A stretch of DNA of 54,929 nucleotides, filler included, from Bipalium vagum (Eukaryota), in NCBI GenBank assembly GCA_037834085.1. It is 3 parts of 3 records of this genome, joined end to end, with 100 filler letters (N's around TTAATTAATTAA, not from the genome) between each part and the next. Parts side by side here need not be neighbours in the genome. Positions count along the whole stretch, not along the records: positions 16,587 to 37,080 come from JBBMKC010252096.1; 2 more parts are not named here. One strand, 5' to 3'. The notes beneath the pieces are model-generated. The model did no database searches. It was not told where the DNA came from and worked only from the letters and a program-made list of their open reading frames with translations. Within the stretch, counting starts at the first letter, position 1. Each line of letters begins with the position of its first letter. The position numbers were made by a program, and so were the translations under genes. Positions 21,571-32,324 of the stretch are shown in pieces.

Positions 21571-22109
21571 TTTTAATTTTATTAATTATCGTTTTACTTA
21601 TATATTTTTTCTCACCATTTAATTTTATTACTTTTGGTATACCAACATAAATTATTTTTATATTTTTTCTCGAGTAATTTCACTTTTACTGTCATGAGCT
21701 TTGCTAGTTTCATCCATTTTTATAATAACAAATTTATAAATTTTGTTAAACTAATAACCCAACAGAAATACATAATAAAGTATATTTATATAAAAGATAC
21801 TAAATTAGAAAACAATATTATGTTCTGCTATTGGATAGAGCTGTGAACGGCGTACACCACTGTCTCCAATCATAGACAGATTATTTTAGCATGACCATTT
21901 TCCCTTTTATAAATCAATAGATTTTAATATACATTTCATGAACAAACTTCCGCATCTTTGGAAATTTCCAATAATTCATCTTCATCCAAAGTTTTATTTG
22001 GTGAAGACATTTCTACATCTTCGGTAATATTTTGAAGTAGTAGATTTTCGTAATTTTGAGATAATTTTAGAAAATTTTGATTTTCTATAATAAAATAAAA
22101 TAAAAATTT

Positions 22110-22420
22110 ATATTTTTATAAAATTCCTCTTAAATTTTGCATATTCTTTATCCACTCATAGTTTTTTAAGAATACGTTGATACTCTTCAAATATTTTTTC
22201 AAACGCATTTGTGATTGAGATTCCAGTTTTATCTTTTAATTGAATTGCAAAAGCAAACTTTGTATATAAATCTATAACCGTTAGAATTATTTTATATTGC
22301 TTTCTCCTGGTACAATTGTTAAATCTGCACTCCAATACATTTTTATTAAAAACTTTAACTTTCAATACAATTTTAGATCTAAATTCTTTATATAATTCTT
22401 TGGCTAATTGTACTCTTTTC
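22110..22420 (-). pseudogene. Polinton retroviral-like (rve) integrase fragment
   Basis: LAKELYKEFR, WSADL (shifted frame), YKIILTVIDLYTKFAFAIQLKDKTGISITNAFEKIF. Confidence 0.85.
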
Positions 22421-22519
22421 CTGGAGGAAGTCCTTTGGAATTTTTATATAGTTTTTCTTTTGCTAAATTCTATGCATTCTCTGGCTACCGAGCCTTTAGC
22501 TCTAGTACCTTTGGTATGT

Positions 22520-22980
22520 CTTGTCTAAACAATACCTTACCCTTCATAATTAATTTTACTAAAGCTCTTTCTAATTTTTCTCTTGGAGTAGGATTTTCAA
22601 TATTGTTCATTTCATGTATCATTTCTATGTCTGCAACATAACAATCTTTTGAATCTTTTGACATGTATTTTACATCATGTTTTATTGCTGCTGCATCAAC
22701 TCTGTTTATTGGTATTGAATCTGGTTTAGGAATTGGAGGAATGTATAAACTACCTGTATCATTATAATTATTGATTATTTAATTATAGTTTTCTAATCTT
22801 TTATCAATATTCGAGTAAATATTTATCCAGTAAATTGGTGAACGGAATTTTTATTGTTAAAAGGGTTTAAAGATTTTAGATGTAATTCTCCTGGATATGT
22901 TCCTGTAGTAAATTTATTTAAAAATTTATTATTTGTTATTGCTGATTGAATATCACCACCTCTATGAGATATTGAATATC
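22520..22980 (-). pseudogene. Parvovirus VP1-type phospholipase A2-like domain
   Basis: GELHL...HQFTG...NIDKRL...PINRVDAAAIKHDVKY...ADIEM...REKLERALVKLIMKGK; His-Asp dyad present. Confidence 0.8.
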
Positions 22981-23719
22981 CACCTCGTTTAGGAAAAAGA
23001 CTGGGATATTTTTTATAAATATCTTCACGTAGTGAAGGTAACTTCGTTACATTTTTTATTTTTTCATTATTTCTTCGTTTATTTTTTCATGTTTTCTTGT
23101 ATTTTCATGATGAGATTTTTTTTCTTAGAAATACTTTTATCACAAATTTCATAATACCATTTTTAATCCATTTTTTTATGAGAATTATTGAAGTTTTATT
23201 CAAAAATTTTATTAATTTGTTTTCATAAAATTTCAATATTTCTAATGTTATAGTTTTATGTATATTTTCATATCTTTCTCCCATTTCATTTGATTCAAAA
23301 CAATGGTAATTTAATATCATTAATAAATATTCAGATTCTCATGTCTTTCATTCATATCATCTACACATAGTTTAAAAGTACAGTTACCATGATAAATCTT
23401 TCTGATTGCTTATGAAATCTTTGTTATCTAAAGAATTATTTTTACCACGTAAAAATATTTCATAATATTTATTTTGCTGAAATTTTTTCTGGATTTTATA
23501 ATAGTCTTCATTAGATAGAAATTTAAATTTTTTCTCATTGTAAATATTTCAATATTTTGCCTTACATTTGCGTTCATTTATATAGTAAAATTATATGGTA
23601 AAAGTATTTTGTTATTATGATAATTTGGTATTTTGGTATTTTGATAATGTCGTAATTTGATACTTTTGATATTTCTTCCACAGGGAGAATTCAGGTCATG
23701 TTTCAAACTCTGGTGTTAC

Positions 23720-24700
23720 ATACTACATGTTTCATTCATTTTTTCTAATTAATTCATTCCTTTCATTTCTTCTTCAATAATTTCTTCAGTTTCTTTGTCT
23801 ATTTCTTCGGTTACCTCATGTTCTTCAATTTTTCTTCCACTTCGTTCTCCTCTCCAACTTCTTCAATCATTTCTTCTATTTTTGTTAATAATGCCTCCAT
23901 GTTCAGATGTGTCCTCCTTTTTGCGATTTTTCTTTTCTGTCGTTATATGTAAAACTTTTTCTAGATTGACTAACTCCTCTGCATTAATATCTACTATGTA
24001 TTTGATTTTTAGCTAGTAAAACAAATTATACTCCTTCTTTGTATGAATTCATTACTGAATTTTGTAAAAGAGAATAGTACTGATTTTCTACTCTGGCTAA
24101 CAGATGTAATTATTGTTTCCTTAAAACTTCCTGTATTAGTATCTTTAGTGCAATAATTTTTCCTTGCTGATTTTCCCACTTGATCTCTCTTTTCTATTCT
24201 TCTACTAATAATGTTAGTATAATTTCTTCGGTAAAGTTGCCTCCTGCTATTAACATAATGATTGTATGTCCATACATATTTTCTTCATTTAGTGACCATA
24301 AATAATTATTATTTATTATTCTAAATATTTCCCATGCATGTTCTTCCTTATTTCTCAAGATCACATTGTTTAAAGGAGTATCACCATCCTTATGTTTTAG
24401 AGTGAATATGACTGGTAGTCTCCATGATATCTGGTTAAAATCTTCTTATTTTGTCATGCCAAGTGTAAAGTTATAATCGGATTTTGCTATTTTATATGAT
24501 TTCTTCTTAGGATATTTCGTTGGTTGTCTTGGCAGAATTTTCACATTTATTTCGTTATCCCATTTTGGTAATAACTCATTTTCTAATATATTCTTTTGTT
24601 GATTTAGTGGTTTTCCATAATATGAAATATTTACATTTCATAATGCTGACCATTTATTTTCTGTATTAAGTCCGTTATTCTCATCAAATTAACTATATGT
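23720..24700 (-). pseudogene. Degenerate ORF with ankyrin-like motifs and acidic tail
   Basis: KHKDGDTPLNNVI and NEENMYGHTIIMLIAGG in broken frames, followed by a Glu-rich segment. Confidence 0.25.
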
Positions 24701-25778
24701 TTTGTTTTATACTCTTCTTCCAATATTAACTCTATATTAAGTGGAGTAAAATTTAAAGGTTTGAAATTGTGATTACATGTAGTGGCAGCTTTAAAACCCT
24801 CAAAATATTCAGCCTTTAATAACCTTTGAACCAGTGAACCGATTTTGACAAACTATATATGAAATTGAAGTTAAATACATTTTCTATCATAAAACATATG
24901 AATTTACTGAAATAAAATTTTTTTAAAAATTATTTTTTTCCTAAAAATGACTGAAATAGCTGAAGAAAATTTTAAAAATATTATTGATGTGGGAAAATCG
25001 AAATACATAACTGTTAATGGTAAACAATATTAATTAAGTCATAAAATAAGAAATTAAGGAAAATGATGAATATCGTCTTGCAGACCAACAACTGGTTATC
25101 GATAATGTAATGATATTAAGATATTACATTTCCCAAGGTCATGTTTACATGATTATAATTAGGTACACTCAATCAATTACTATTAATGGGAAAAGGTAGC
25201 AGACGTGGATAATAAATAATTTTGATTGATAAAAATATTGGTTTTATAAAATTAATAATCTTATATCAAATGATTCAAAATTATTATTGAAAAATTTAAC
25301 AGATCATTAATGATATTTATCAGACTTGACAATCATTTTACAATAAAAAAATTATATATTGACTATGATTTGTGTTTAAAACATTTATTTCAACTTTTAG
25401 AAAAAGAAAATACCAAGGACTTGAATTTTATTTTAATTTTTAAGCGGTTAGAATATTTAAAGTCTATATTTTCGTAGGACAGGTTATGTGACATTTGATT
25501 GGGTAGTCATATCTCTTCATTAAAATTTTATATTTTATTATAAAATACTTAATGTAATGTGAATGACCGAAGTTGTTTAAATTTAGGAAAAAATTTCATC
25601 TCTTAAATTTACATCTCATTAAATAGAAAGTTAATTGGTTAAAAATAGCTAATTTTATTCAAATTTGCTTCAAATAAACATTTCAAGAGTTAATAGTCGA
25701 AAACTCAACTATTATTATTATTTTCCCTTTAATTTAAAGTTTAAGAGAGTTAAACATTCTTCCGGTTTTCTAATTTAG

Positions 25779-27383
25779 TTATTTCTTTTGAAGAAAATTA
25801 GATTCCTTGAAATCATATTTTCGCTTCAAACTGCGCTCGATCGAGTTATCCAAAGAATTGTTCATTTCATCTGAAGGTTGTTGTAAAGACTTTGGAGACA
25901 GACAAGTTGGTGTGAATTTCGATAATTCAGCCAGTAATTCACCTTCAAATATTTTGACATAATTATTTGACTGTTTTTTAAATGCATTTTCAAATATATT
26001 TTTTGTTTTACTAAGTAATTTTTCCTTTATAGATGGTTTTGGTGTAATAGATTTTGATTTCAATAAACTTAACTCATTTGCATTACTATTTATTTCATAT
26101 TTATTGTGTTCATGACTTCTGTGACGTTTCCATGCTGTGTTAATTTTAATATTATTTTGACTTTGACCATCCTTTTTTTTTTCACTTTTATTTATGTTTT
26201 CAGCATCCCGCTTGATTTTCGATTTGTATCGCTTGGTTTTTGCTTTTATTTCCTTTCCAAGATTATCAATATTACTGGCATTTATGTTTTGACCAAAACT
26301 TTTCATATTTGTACTAGTAGAATTACTTTCACTACGATGTAGTTTTAAATTTTGATTTTTATTTGACTGAGATGGATTTTTTGATGTTGTTAAATTTATA
26401 TTTCCTTGATGGGCTTGAAACCCATTTGGAGTTAGCCTTCCTTCCAAATAATTTCGACGAACTGAATAATCTGCCAATTCGTTGAAATGATCTGTACGAA
26501 CAAATTTAGGGTCTAATTTGACAAGAATACCAACTAACCTATCATTTTCTTCTTCTAATAAATCCATGTCTAGTCTTGACCAATGAATTTTTCTGAGTAT
26601 TGTATCCTTTTCTAATTGTTGTGAGTCTATTCTTTCTTGAAATTTTTGTTCTAAATTTCGTTGAAGTTCAACTTTATTTTGTAGAAACATTACATTTTCT
26701 ACTAATAAAGTAAGAACACTCTGTGTTCTGGTATAAATATCTTTTAATCTATCTGCTATTTCTCCAGACTTTTTGATTAAATCAAATTCTGGTCTATCAG
26801 TCCAAAAAAAGACACGATCTATTAATCCTACATTTTCTGTAACTAAAGGCATGCAATAATTACAAACCTGGGTTAAAACTAGGACAAAGTGAAGTTGAAG
26901 ATAAAATAAATCTCGATAGAAATCACAAAGTGGTTTTAATTTATTTTTTATTTCTCTTTGAATTTCTTCAATTGCTAGGGCAATATTTTCAAAAAGTGAT
27001 AAATCTTTGGTTTTTAAATCTGTATATGATATTTTTCTTAATGTTGGAGATCGGCATAAGTTCCTTCTAGAAATCCCATCCCCTATTGTTGACATTCCCC
27101 TCACTGATAATTGACCAAGCAGAGTTTCATTGTGGCGAGTTCGGACTTCTAATTTTTGATCTGCATTTGTGAATTCAACTTTTAGATCATCAATTTCTTT
27201 CTCTCCGAGCTTTAATTGAGTTTCTATGAACTCTTTTGTAATAATTCTATTTTGCTCCTCATTAAGTCTCCTATAATCTTCCAAATATTTATAACAAAGT
27301 AAGAATAAATCTTTATTTTGTAAAATAAGTCTTAAATCTCCTTGAATATGAGGTGGATAAACTGGTAATTGGTCTGCATGCAT
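25779..27383 (-). CDS. Hypothetical protein, 534 aa, coiled-coil N-terminal half and Asn/Lys/Ser-rich tail
   Basis: 1.6-kb uninterrupted ATG-started ORF in very AT-rich DNA; heptad-like segments; no family recognised. Confidence 0.75.
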   Translation of the reverse strand: MHADQLPVYPPHIQGDLRLILQNKDLFLLCYKYLEDYRRLNEEQNRIITKEFIETQLKLGEKEIDDLKVEFTNADQKLEVRTRHNETLLGQLSVRGMSTIGDGISRRNLCRSPTLRKISYTDLKTKDLSLFENIALAIEEIQREIKNKLKPLCDFYRDLFYLQLHFVLVLTQVCNYCMPLVTENVGLIDRVFFWTDRPEFDLIKKSGEIADRLKDIYTRTQSVLTLLVENVMFLQNKVELQRNLEQKFQERIDSQQLEKDTILRKIHWSRLDMDLLEEENDRLVGILVKLDPKFVRTDHFNELADYSVRRNYLEGRLTPNGFQAHQGNINLTTSKNPSQSNKNQNLKLHRSESNSTSTNMKSFGQNINASNIDNLGKEIKAKTKRYKSKIKRDAENINKSEKKKDGQSQNNIKINTAWKRHRSHEHNKYEINSNANELSLLKSKSITPKPSIKEKLLSKTKNIFENAFKKQSNNYVKIFEGELLAELSKFTPTCLSPKSLQQPSDEMNNSLDNSIERSLKRKYDFKESNFLQKK

Positions 27384-28095
27384 TTATAATTTTCTATAAT
27401 TATTATTGATCACTTTGTTAAATATTCAATAATTTAACATTTTTAAAATTTGAATTTAATTCTAGAAAATATTTATCATAAACTGTAATTGAAATTATTA
27501 TAGTAGAACAGGTATTATTCTAACATTATCTGAAACTTGTTTATTGCTAACACAGTACTAAAAAAGCTGATTTTTACTAATGTAATTTTATTGCGAATTC
27601 TAAAATCATGTTACAGGGGCAGTGTTAAAATTATTAAGGTTTTAATAGTTAGTACCATTTTAAAAACATTTATGTGCAAATAAATGGAGATTCTTATCTA
27701 CTGTAAAAATCAGTATATTAAAAAATATTACTTTAATTTCTGTAATTATGTTTTAAGCTTATTAATCTATTTAATGACCATATAATATTATGTCAAGAAC
27801 TAAGAGGTAAAAGCTAGCTTTCACAAAAAAAGATTATTGTAAATTAAAAAATTATTATTTTAGATACATAATACAATTTTTAGTATAGTGATTTTGATTT
27901 TGATAATACACATTTTAATAAGGATACTTCAAATGATACGAAAATGATATCTAAACAACTTCCTTTAACAGTAGGAAATTATATTAAATTGAATTGTCCT
28001 GAATTATTTGAATCATGATATTTTGAATTTTATGGAAAAATTGTTTTAGATGATTTTATTAATGCAATAAATAAAAAATAATGATTTATCAAACA

Positions 28096-28320
28096 TACAG
28101 GGTTATCCAAAGAGGTATGTAGGAAAGTAAGAGGTATGCTTTAATTAGCAAGAAAGATAATTTTTATTTTAACATAAACTACAATGCTTAACAATTATAC
28201 ATGAAAACATTATCGACCAAATGTCCACCACGATATATTTTGCAGGAAGTTATTCTTGTCTAAATTTACAATTACTTCGGAACATAATTGTGGGTAAATT
28301 TCTCGAATAACACGCCAAAG
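28096..28320 (-). mobile_element. Tc1/mariner (DD41D-like) 3' remnant
   Basis: TA-CAGGGT terminus; VIREIYPQLCSEVI...CKIYRGGHLVDNVF C-terminal motif. Confidence 0.65.
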
Positions 28321-28329
28321 AAATACAAG

Positions 28330-29300
28330 TAATTATTATAAAAAATAGAATAATTATACCTGAAGATGAAAAAAATAATTCAAATTCTATAATATAAATA
28401 TTGTCAAGATGATTTAGAAGATCATAGAAGAAGAATAAAGTTCAAGATCATAATAAAAATAGTATTTTTAAAAATAAGTGGAAAAAATAAAATATATTTT
28501 GAGTTTAAAAATGTTTTATTTAAAATCCTTTATATTACGCTCATAACCAATTTCTTTTCTAACCTATGATTTAAAATCTTTAATTAAAATATAATGATCT
28601 TCATAATATAATAGAGATATTGCTCCATTCTGATTGTTGTTATCTTGTGAAGAAATATGTAATGGTTATGTTCTTCATGATTATCTTAATTCAATTTTAT
28701 GTTGATCAATTCATTCTATCATAAATACATTTATTCTTAAACCATTTTATTTTTCAAATATTTAAATATTATTTATTTTTAAGTGAAAGTCTTCATTATT
28801 TAATTTATATTTATATTCTTTATGATATGTAATTTGATGATGTGTAAAAAAGTAATTTATAGTCCATATAAAACATTTTTTTATTTTGATTCTGAATATT
28901 AATTGAGTGTGATTAAAAATGTAAAGTAATAAATGATCTTCCTCTTAACATTTTATTTCAACAATTGAAAAATTACATGGAAAACTATCAATTATTCAGA
29001 TTTCTTTAATCTCTGCCAAGTATTTTCAAATTCTTCTTCTAAAGATTTCATTATTTTTCTGTTTCTGCTTTAATTATTTTTATTGTTATTATTGTTTCTG
29101 GAGCACCTGAAGTTTTTAAGTTGAAAAATTTTGAATCATGTGGATGAAAAAATAGTATTTAAATTTAAAGAAAATTTAAATGGCTGAAAATTTATCTCCA
29201 TCTCAAATATGTTGAAACAACTTCTTTAATCTTAAAAATAACAGGTATAGATAGTCTTTAATAGTATTTTCTTCATACCAATACTTCAAAATTAAATAAT
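28330..29300 (-). pseudogene. Second Polinton-type PolB N-terminal remnant
   Basis: Minus-strand fragments PFKFSLNLNTIF, LRGRSFITL, NIQNQNKKCFIWTI, NHYIF; a KVQDH-like fragment on the plus strand near 28440. Confidence 0.45.
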
Positions 29301-29433
29301 ATTGTGATGAATTATGAAATCTATTTTGTACAGTTATATTATTGTTATCAGTACAGTTTTCTAAATTTTCATGAGCAATTTAATGATTCATATTATTTTG
29401 AATATTTAATATATTTGTATAATTCTGATAATA

Positions 29434-30744
29434 TAAAGTCTTCCAAAAGAAGCTTTACTACTTTTAACATATTAAATACTAAGTAGTTTTTGTTTAAATA
29501 AATTAATATTTAACATTATTCTAGCTAAACATTTGAAAATTAAATGTGGATCGTTATAATATCCAACAACGGGCAGAAATTGTCAAAATATTTAATCAAA
29601 GCGATAGTTCAATCTCAGTAACCGTTAAAAAATTAAATGCAAAATTTCGGAAAAACAAATGTCCATCAAAACCAACAATTAACACTCTGGTTAATGCTTT
29701 TGAAGCATTTGACTCGATAGCAGATAGACCAAAATCTGGACGACCTCAATCTGCGCGTATACCTGAAAATATTGCAAGTAGACGAGAAAGCATTGAAGAC
29801 AATAAATAGACCCCAATTAGTCATAGAGCACAGGAATCAAACCTCTATCAAAATCCATTTTGTCGCGGATAATGCATGAAGATTTGCATATGAAAGCCTA
29901 TAAGCTTACCTAGTTCAGAAGCCTAAAGAATCAGACCATCAGTCGCCTGAATTATTGTAATTGGTTGTTAGAAAGGTAAATTGCGGATCCTCATTTTTGG
30001 AAAAAAATCATTATGACTGATGAAATTCATTTTCACTTGAGTAAAGGTGTTTTTTATAAACAAAATTGTTGAATTTGGGCAGCAAAGCAACCCCATTTTT
30101 TGAAGGAAGAAGCATTACATTCGCCAAAAGTTACTGTATGGTGTGGATTATGGGCAAAAGGTGTAATTGGTTCATACTTTTTCGAAAATACTGCAGATAA
30201 AACAGTTACAGTAACGGGAGAGAGTTATCGACACATTATAGAAACATTCCTTAAGTCTTATCTGAATGATTTTAATGTGGAGAATATTTACTTTCAGCAA
30301 GATGGTGCTACAAACCGTACAAATAGGAAAACAATTGAATTATTACACGAAACTCTTCCATCTGGCGTGATCTCACGTTTCTGTGATGTTGATTGGCCTC
30401 ATAGATCTCCATATTTCACGGCTTCAGACTACTTCTTATAGGAATATCTAAAAGATAAAGTTTATATTAATCAACCAAAAACTATTACACAACTCAAAGA
30501 CAAAATTTCGGAACGAATCACTATGATCTCAATTGACATGCCAAAAAGTTATTCAAAATTCCATAAAAATAGCCCATACTTGTAAGGCTGCCAGAGGCGG
30601 TCATTTATGACATCATATTTAAAATATAAATTTTTGTAATATCTGTGTTTAAATAAAGATATAAATAAAATTACTTGGCTTTTTAATTTTTATGTACTGA
30701 GAAATAGCGACTTAAAATAGTAAAGCTTCTTTTGGAAGACCCTG
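29434..30744 (+). mobile_element. Tc1/mariner DD41D (rosa/VS-type) transposon, full-length, pseudogenised
   Basis: TIRs gtcttccaaaagaagctttacta / tagtaaagcttcttttggaagaccctg with TA flanks; MTDEIHFHL, LHSPKVTVWCG, QQDGA-(41 aa)-SDYFL counted by hand, RGGHL. Confidence 0.92.
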
Positions 30745-31319
30745 TACAATAAACAATGAGGGGTATTTGTAACACGCCCCCATGTTTTATTAAATAATTC
30801 AAAATATGACACATCTTTTAAAAAATGGTCAATTAATAATAATAGGGAAACTTAATAATTAAAAAAAAATATTTAAAAAATTAATAAAGTAAAAATAAAA
30901 TATTGGACATTCAATATCCCTTTAGTTGTATGAAAAGAAAAAAGTCAAATACAAATCTTATTAAAATCTAAAAATTGATCCCTTTGATAAAATATGACCC
31001 CCTTTTAAAAAGTAATTTATTTATATTAAAATATTGGGTGAAAAATTTTCATCTCATTTATTAAAGCTTTTATCTCATTTATTCAAATTAGGAGACATCT
31101 GAAGTACAAAAAAATTGTTATAAGATTTCTAAATTTGTTAATAAATTCAACATAATCTAAAAATGAAAAAGATTTTAAAAACAAAAAATTGTTAAATTTT
31201 TTAAAAATTTTGAAATAAAACTTTCAAAAATGGAAGTGAAACAGTGTAATAAATGTTTTAAATAAAGGCAAGTACACAATTTTATTGCTGTTTAATCATT
31301 TGGATCCATAAGAGATCTG

Positions 31320-31882
31320 AGCATACAAATGGAGGACCTAAGAGATCTTTTTGTGGTCTTGTGAGGAGCCTCTCGTGTTAGACGAAATTCGGAAAAGGAA
31401 TTGGTCTTTACAGTATTCAAAAGTAACGAGGATGTTGTGTGATTTGTTGAAATGCGAAATCGCTTGTCTCATTCTATACCACCATGTTTTCTTTGATGTT
31501 TTTCGTCTAAAAGTTGGACCCCCTTGATCCATTCAATACAGTCTGAGTCGTTCGTGGAAACATTATAGATGGAGATGATACTACTCATCCCATCATTCGG
31601 TAAATTGAGAAATGCACATTTCTCGGGGCGGTAGTGCATCCCCGACCACTCAGTAGTTGAAAAGGCAGTGTTGATGAGAGCTTGCAGGTCAGATGAATTC
31701 CGAGCCATGATGGCACTGTCATCAGTGTAAGCCAAAACTCTAACTGGTGAATTACCAATCATAAAGCACAGAACAGGAGCAGATGTTATCGATTCAATGA
31801 TCGAATTTATGGCTATTGCAAAGAGCAACATCGAAATTGGACATCCTTGCTTAACACCTTGTCGGATTGGAAGGTTCGGAGT
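31320..31882 (-). mobile_element. Non-LTR retrotransposon reverse-transcriptase fragment (R2/NeSL-like)
   Basis: GVKQGCPISMLLFAIAI, VLAYTDD, GMHYRPEKCAFL. Confidence 0.85.
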
Positions 31883-32324
31883 TTATGATTTATTGACATT
31901 GTCTTTAAAATGATATTAAAATTAAATTAATTTAAAAAGCTCTTCTAGGCAGTCTGGTTAATGAAACCTAGTCTTTCTTTTATTTGGAAATAATACTTTT
32001 GTATACTTTATATATAATTTTATGTCTAAATATTTAATATTTTTTATTCTGAATGCCTTGTAAAGTTTAATATTTAAAAATTAATTTTCATAATTTTTTT
32101 GTACTAAAAGTAATCTTATTTATTAAATTAATTATTAGGCAATCAATTTAACTTTAAATTAATTATAAAAAAATTATTGTTATAAATTACAATAACAAGG
32201 ATTATAAATAATTTATTTAACTTTTAACTTCTTGTTTATTTAATCATATCTTATCAAATATTAAATATTTAATAATTTTTATGATTTATAGTTATATATT
32301 TGTAAAATAAAAATTTACATTGAA

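Larger units (their letters stand above)
16587..23600. mobile_element. Endogenous Polinton/Maverick (adintovirus-like) element, rearranged and decayed
   Basis: Co-located pPolB, rve-type integrase, adenain-like protease (x2), PLA2-like domain, pX-like and fiber-like genes. Boundaries approximate; no TIRs identified. Confidence 0.85.

Noticed and set aside
26106-26342. Plus-strand hydrophobic ORF
   Set aside because: Antisense shadow of the Lys/Asn-rich part of the 534-aa ORF.
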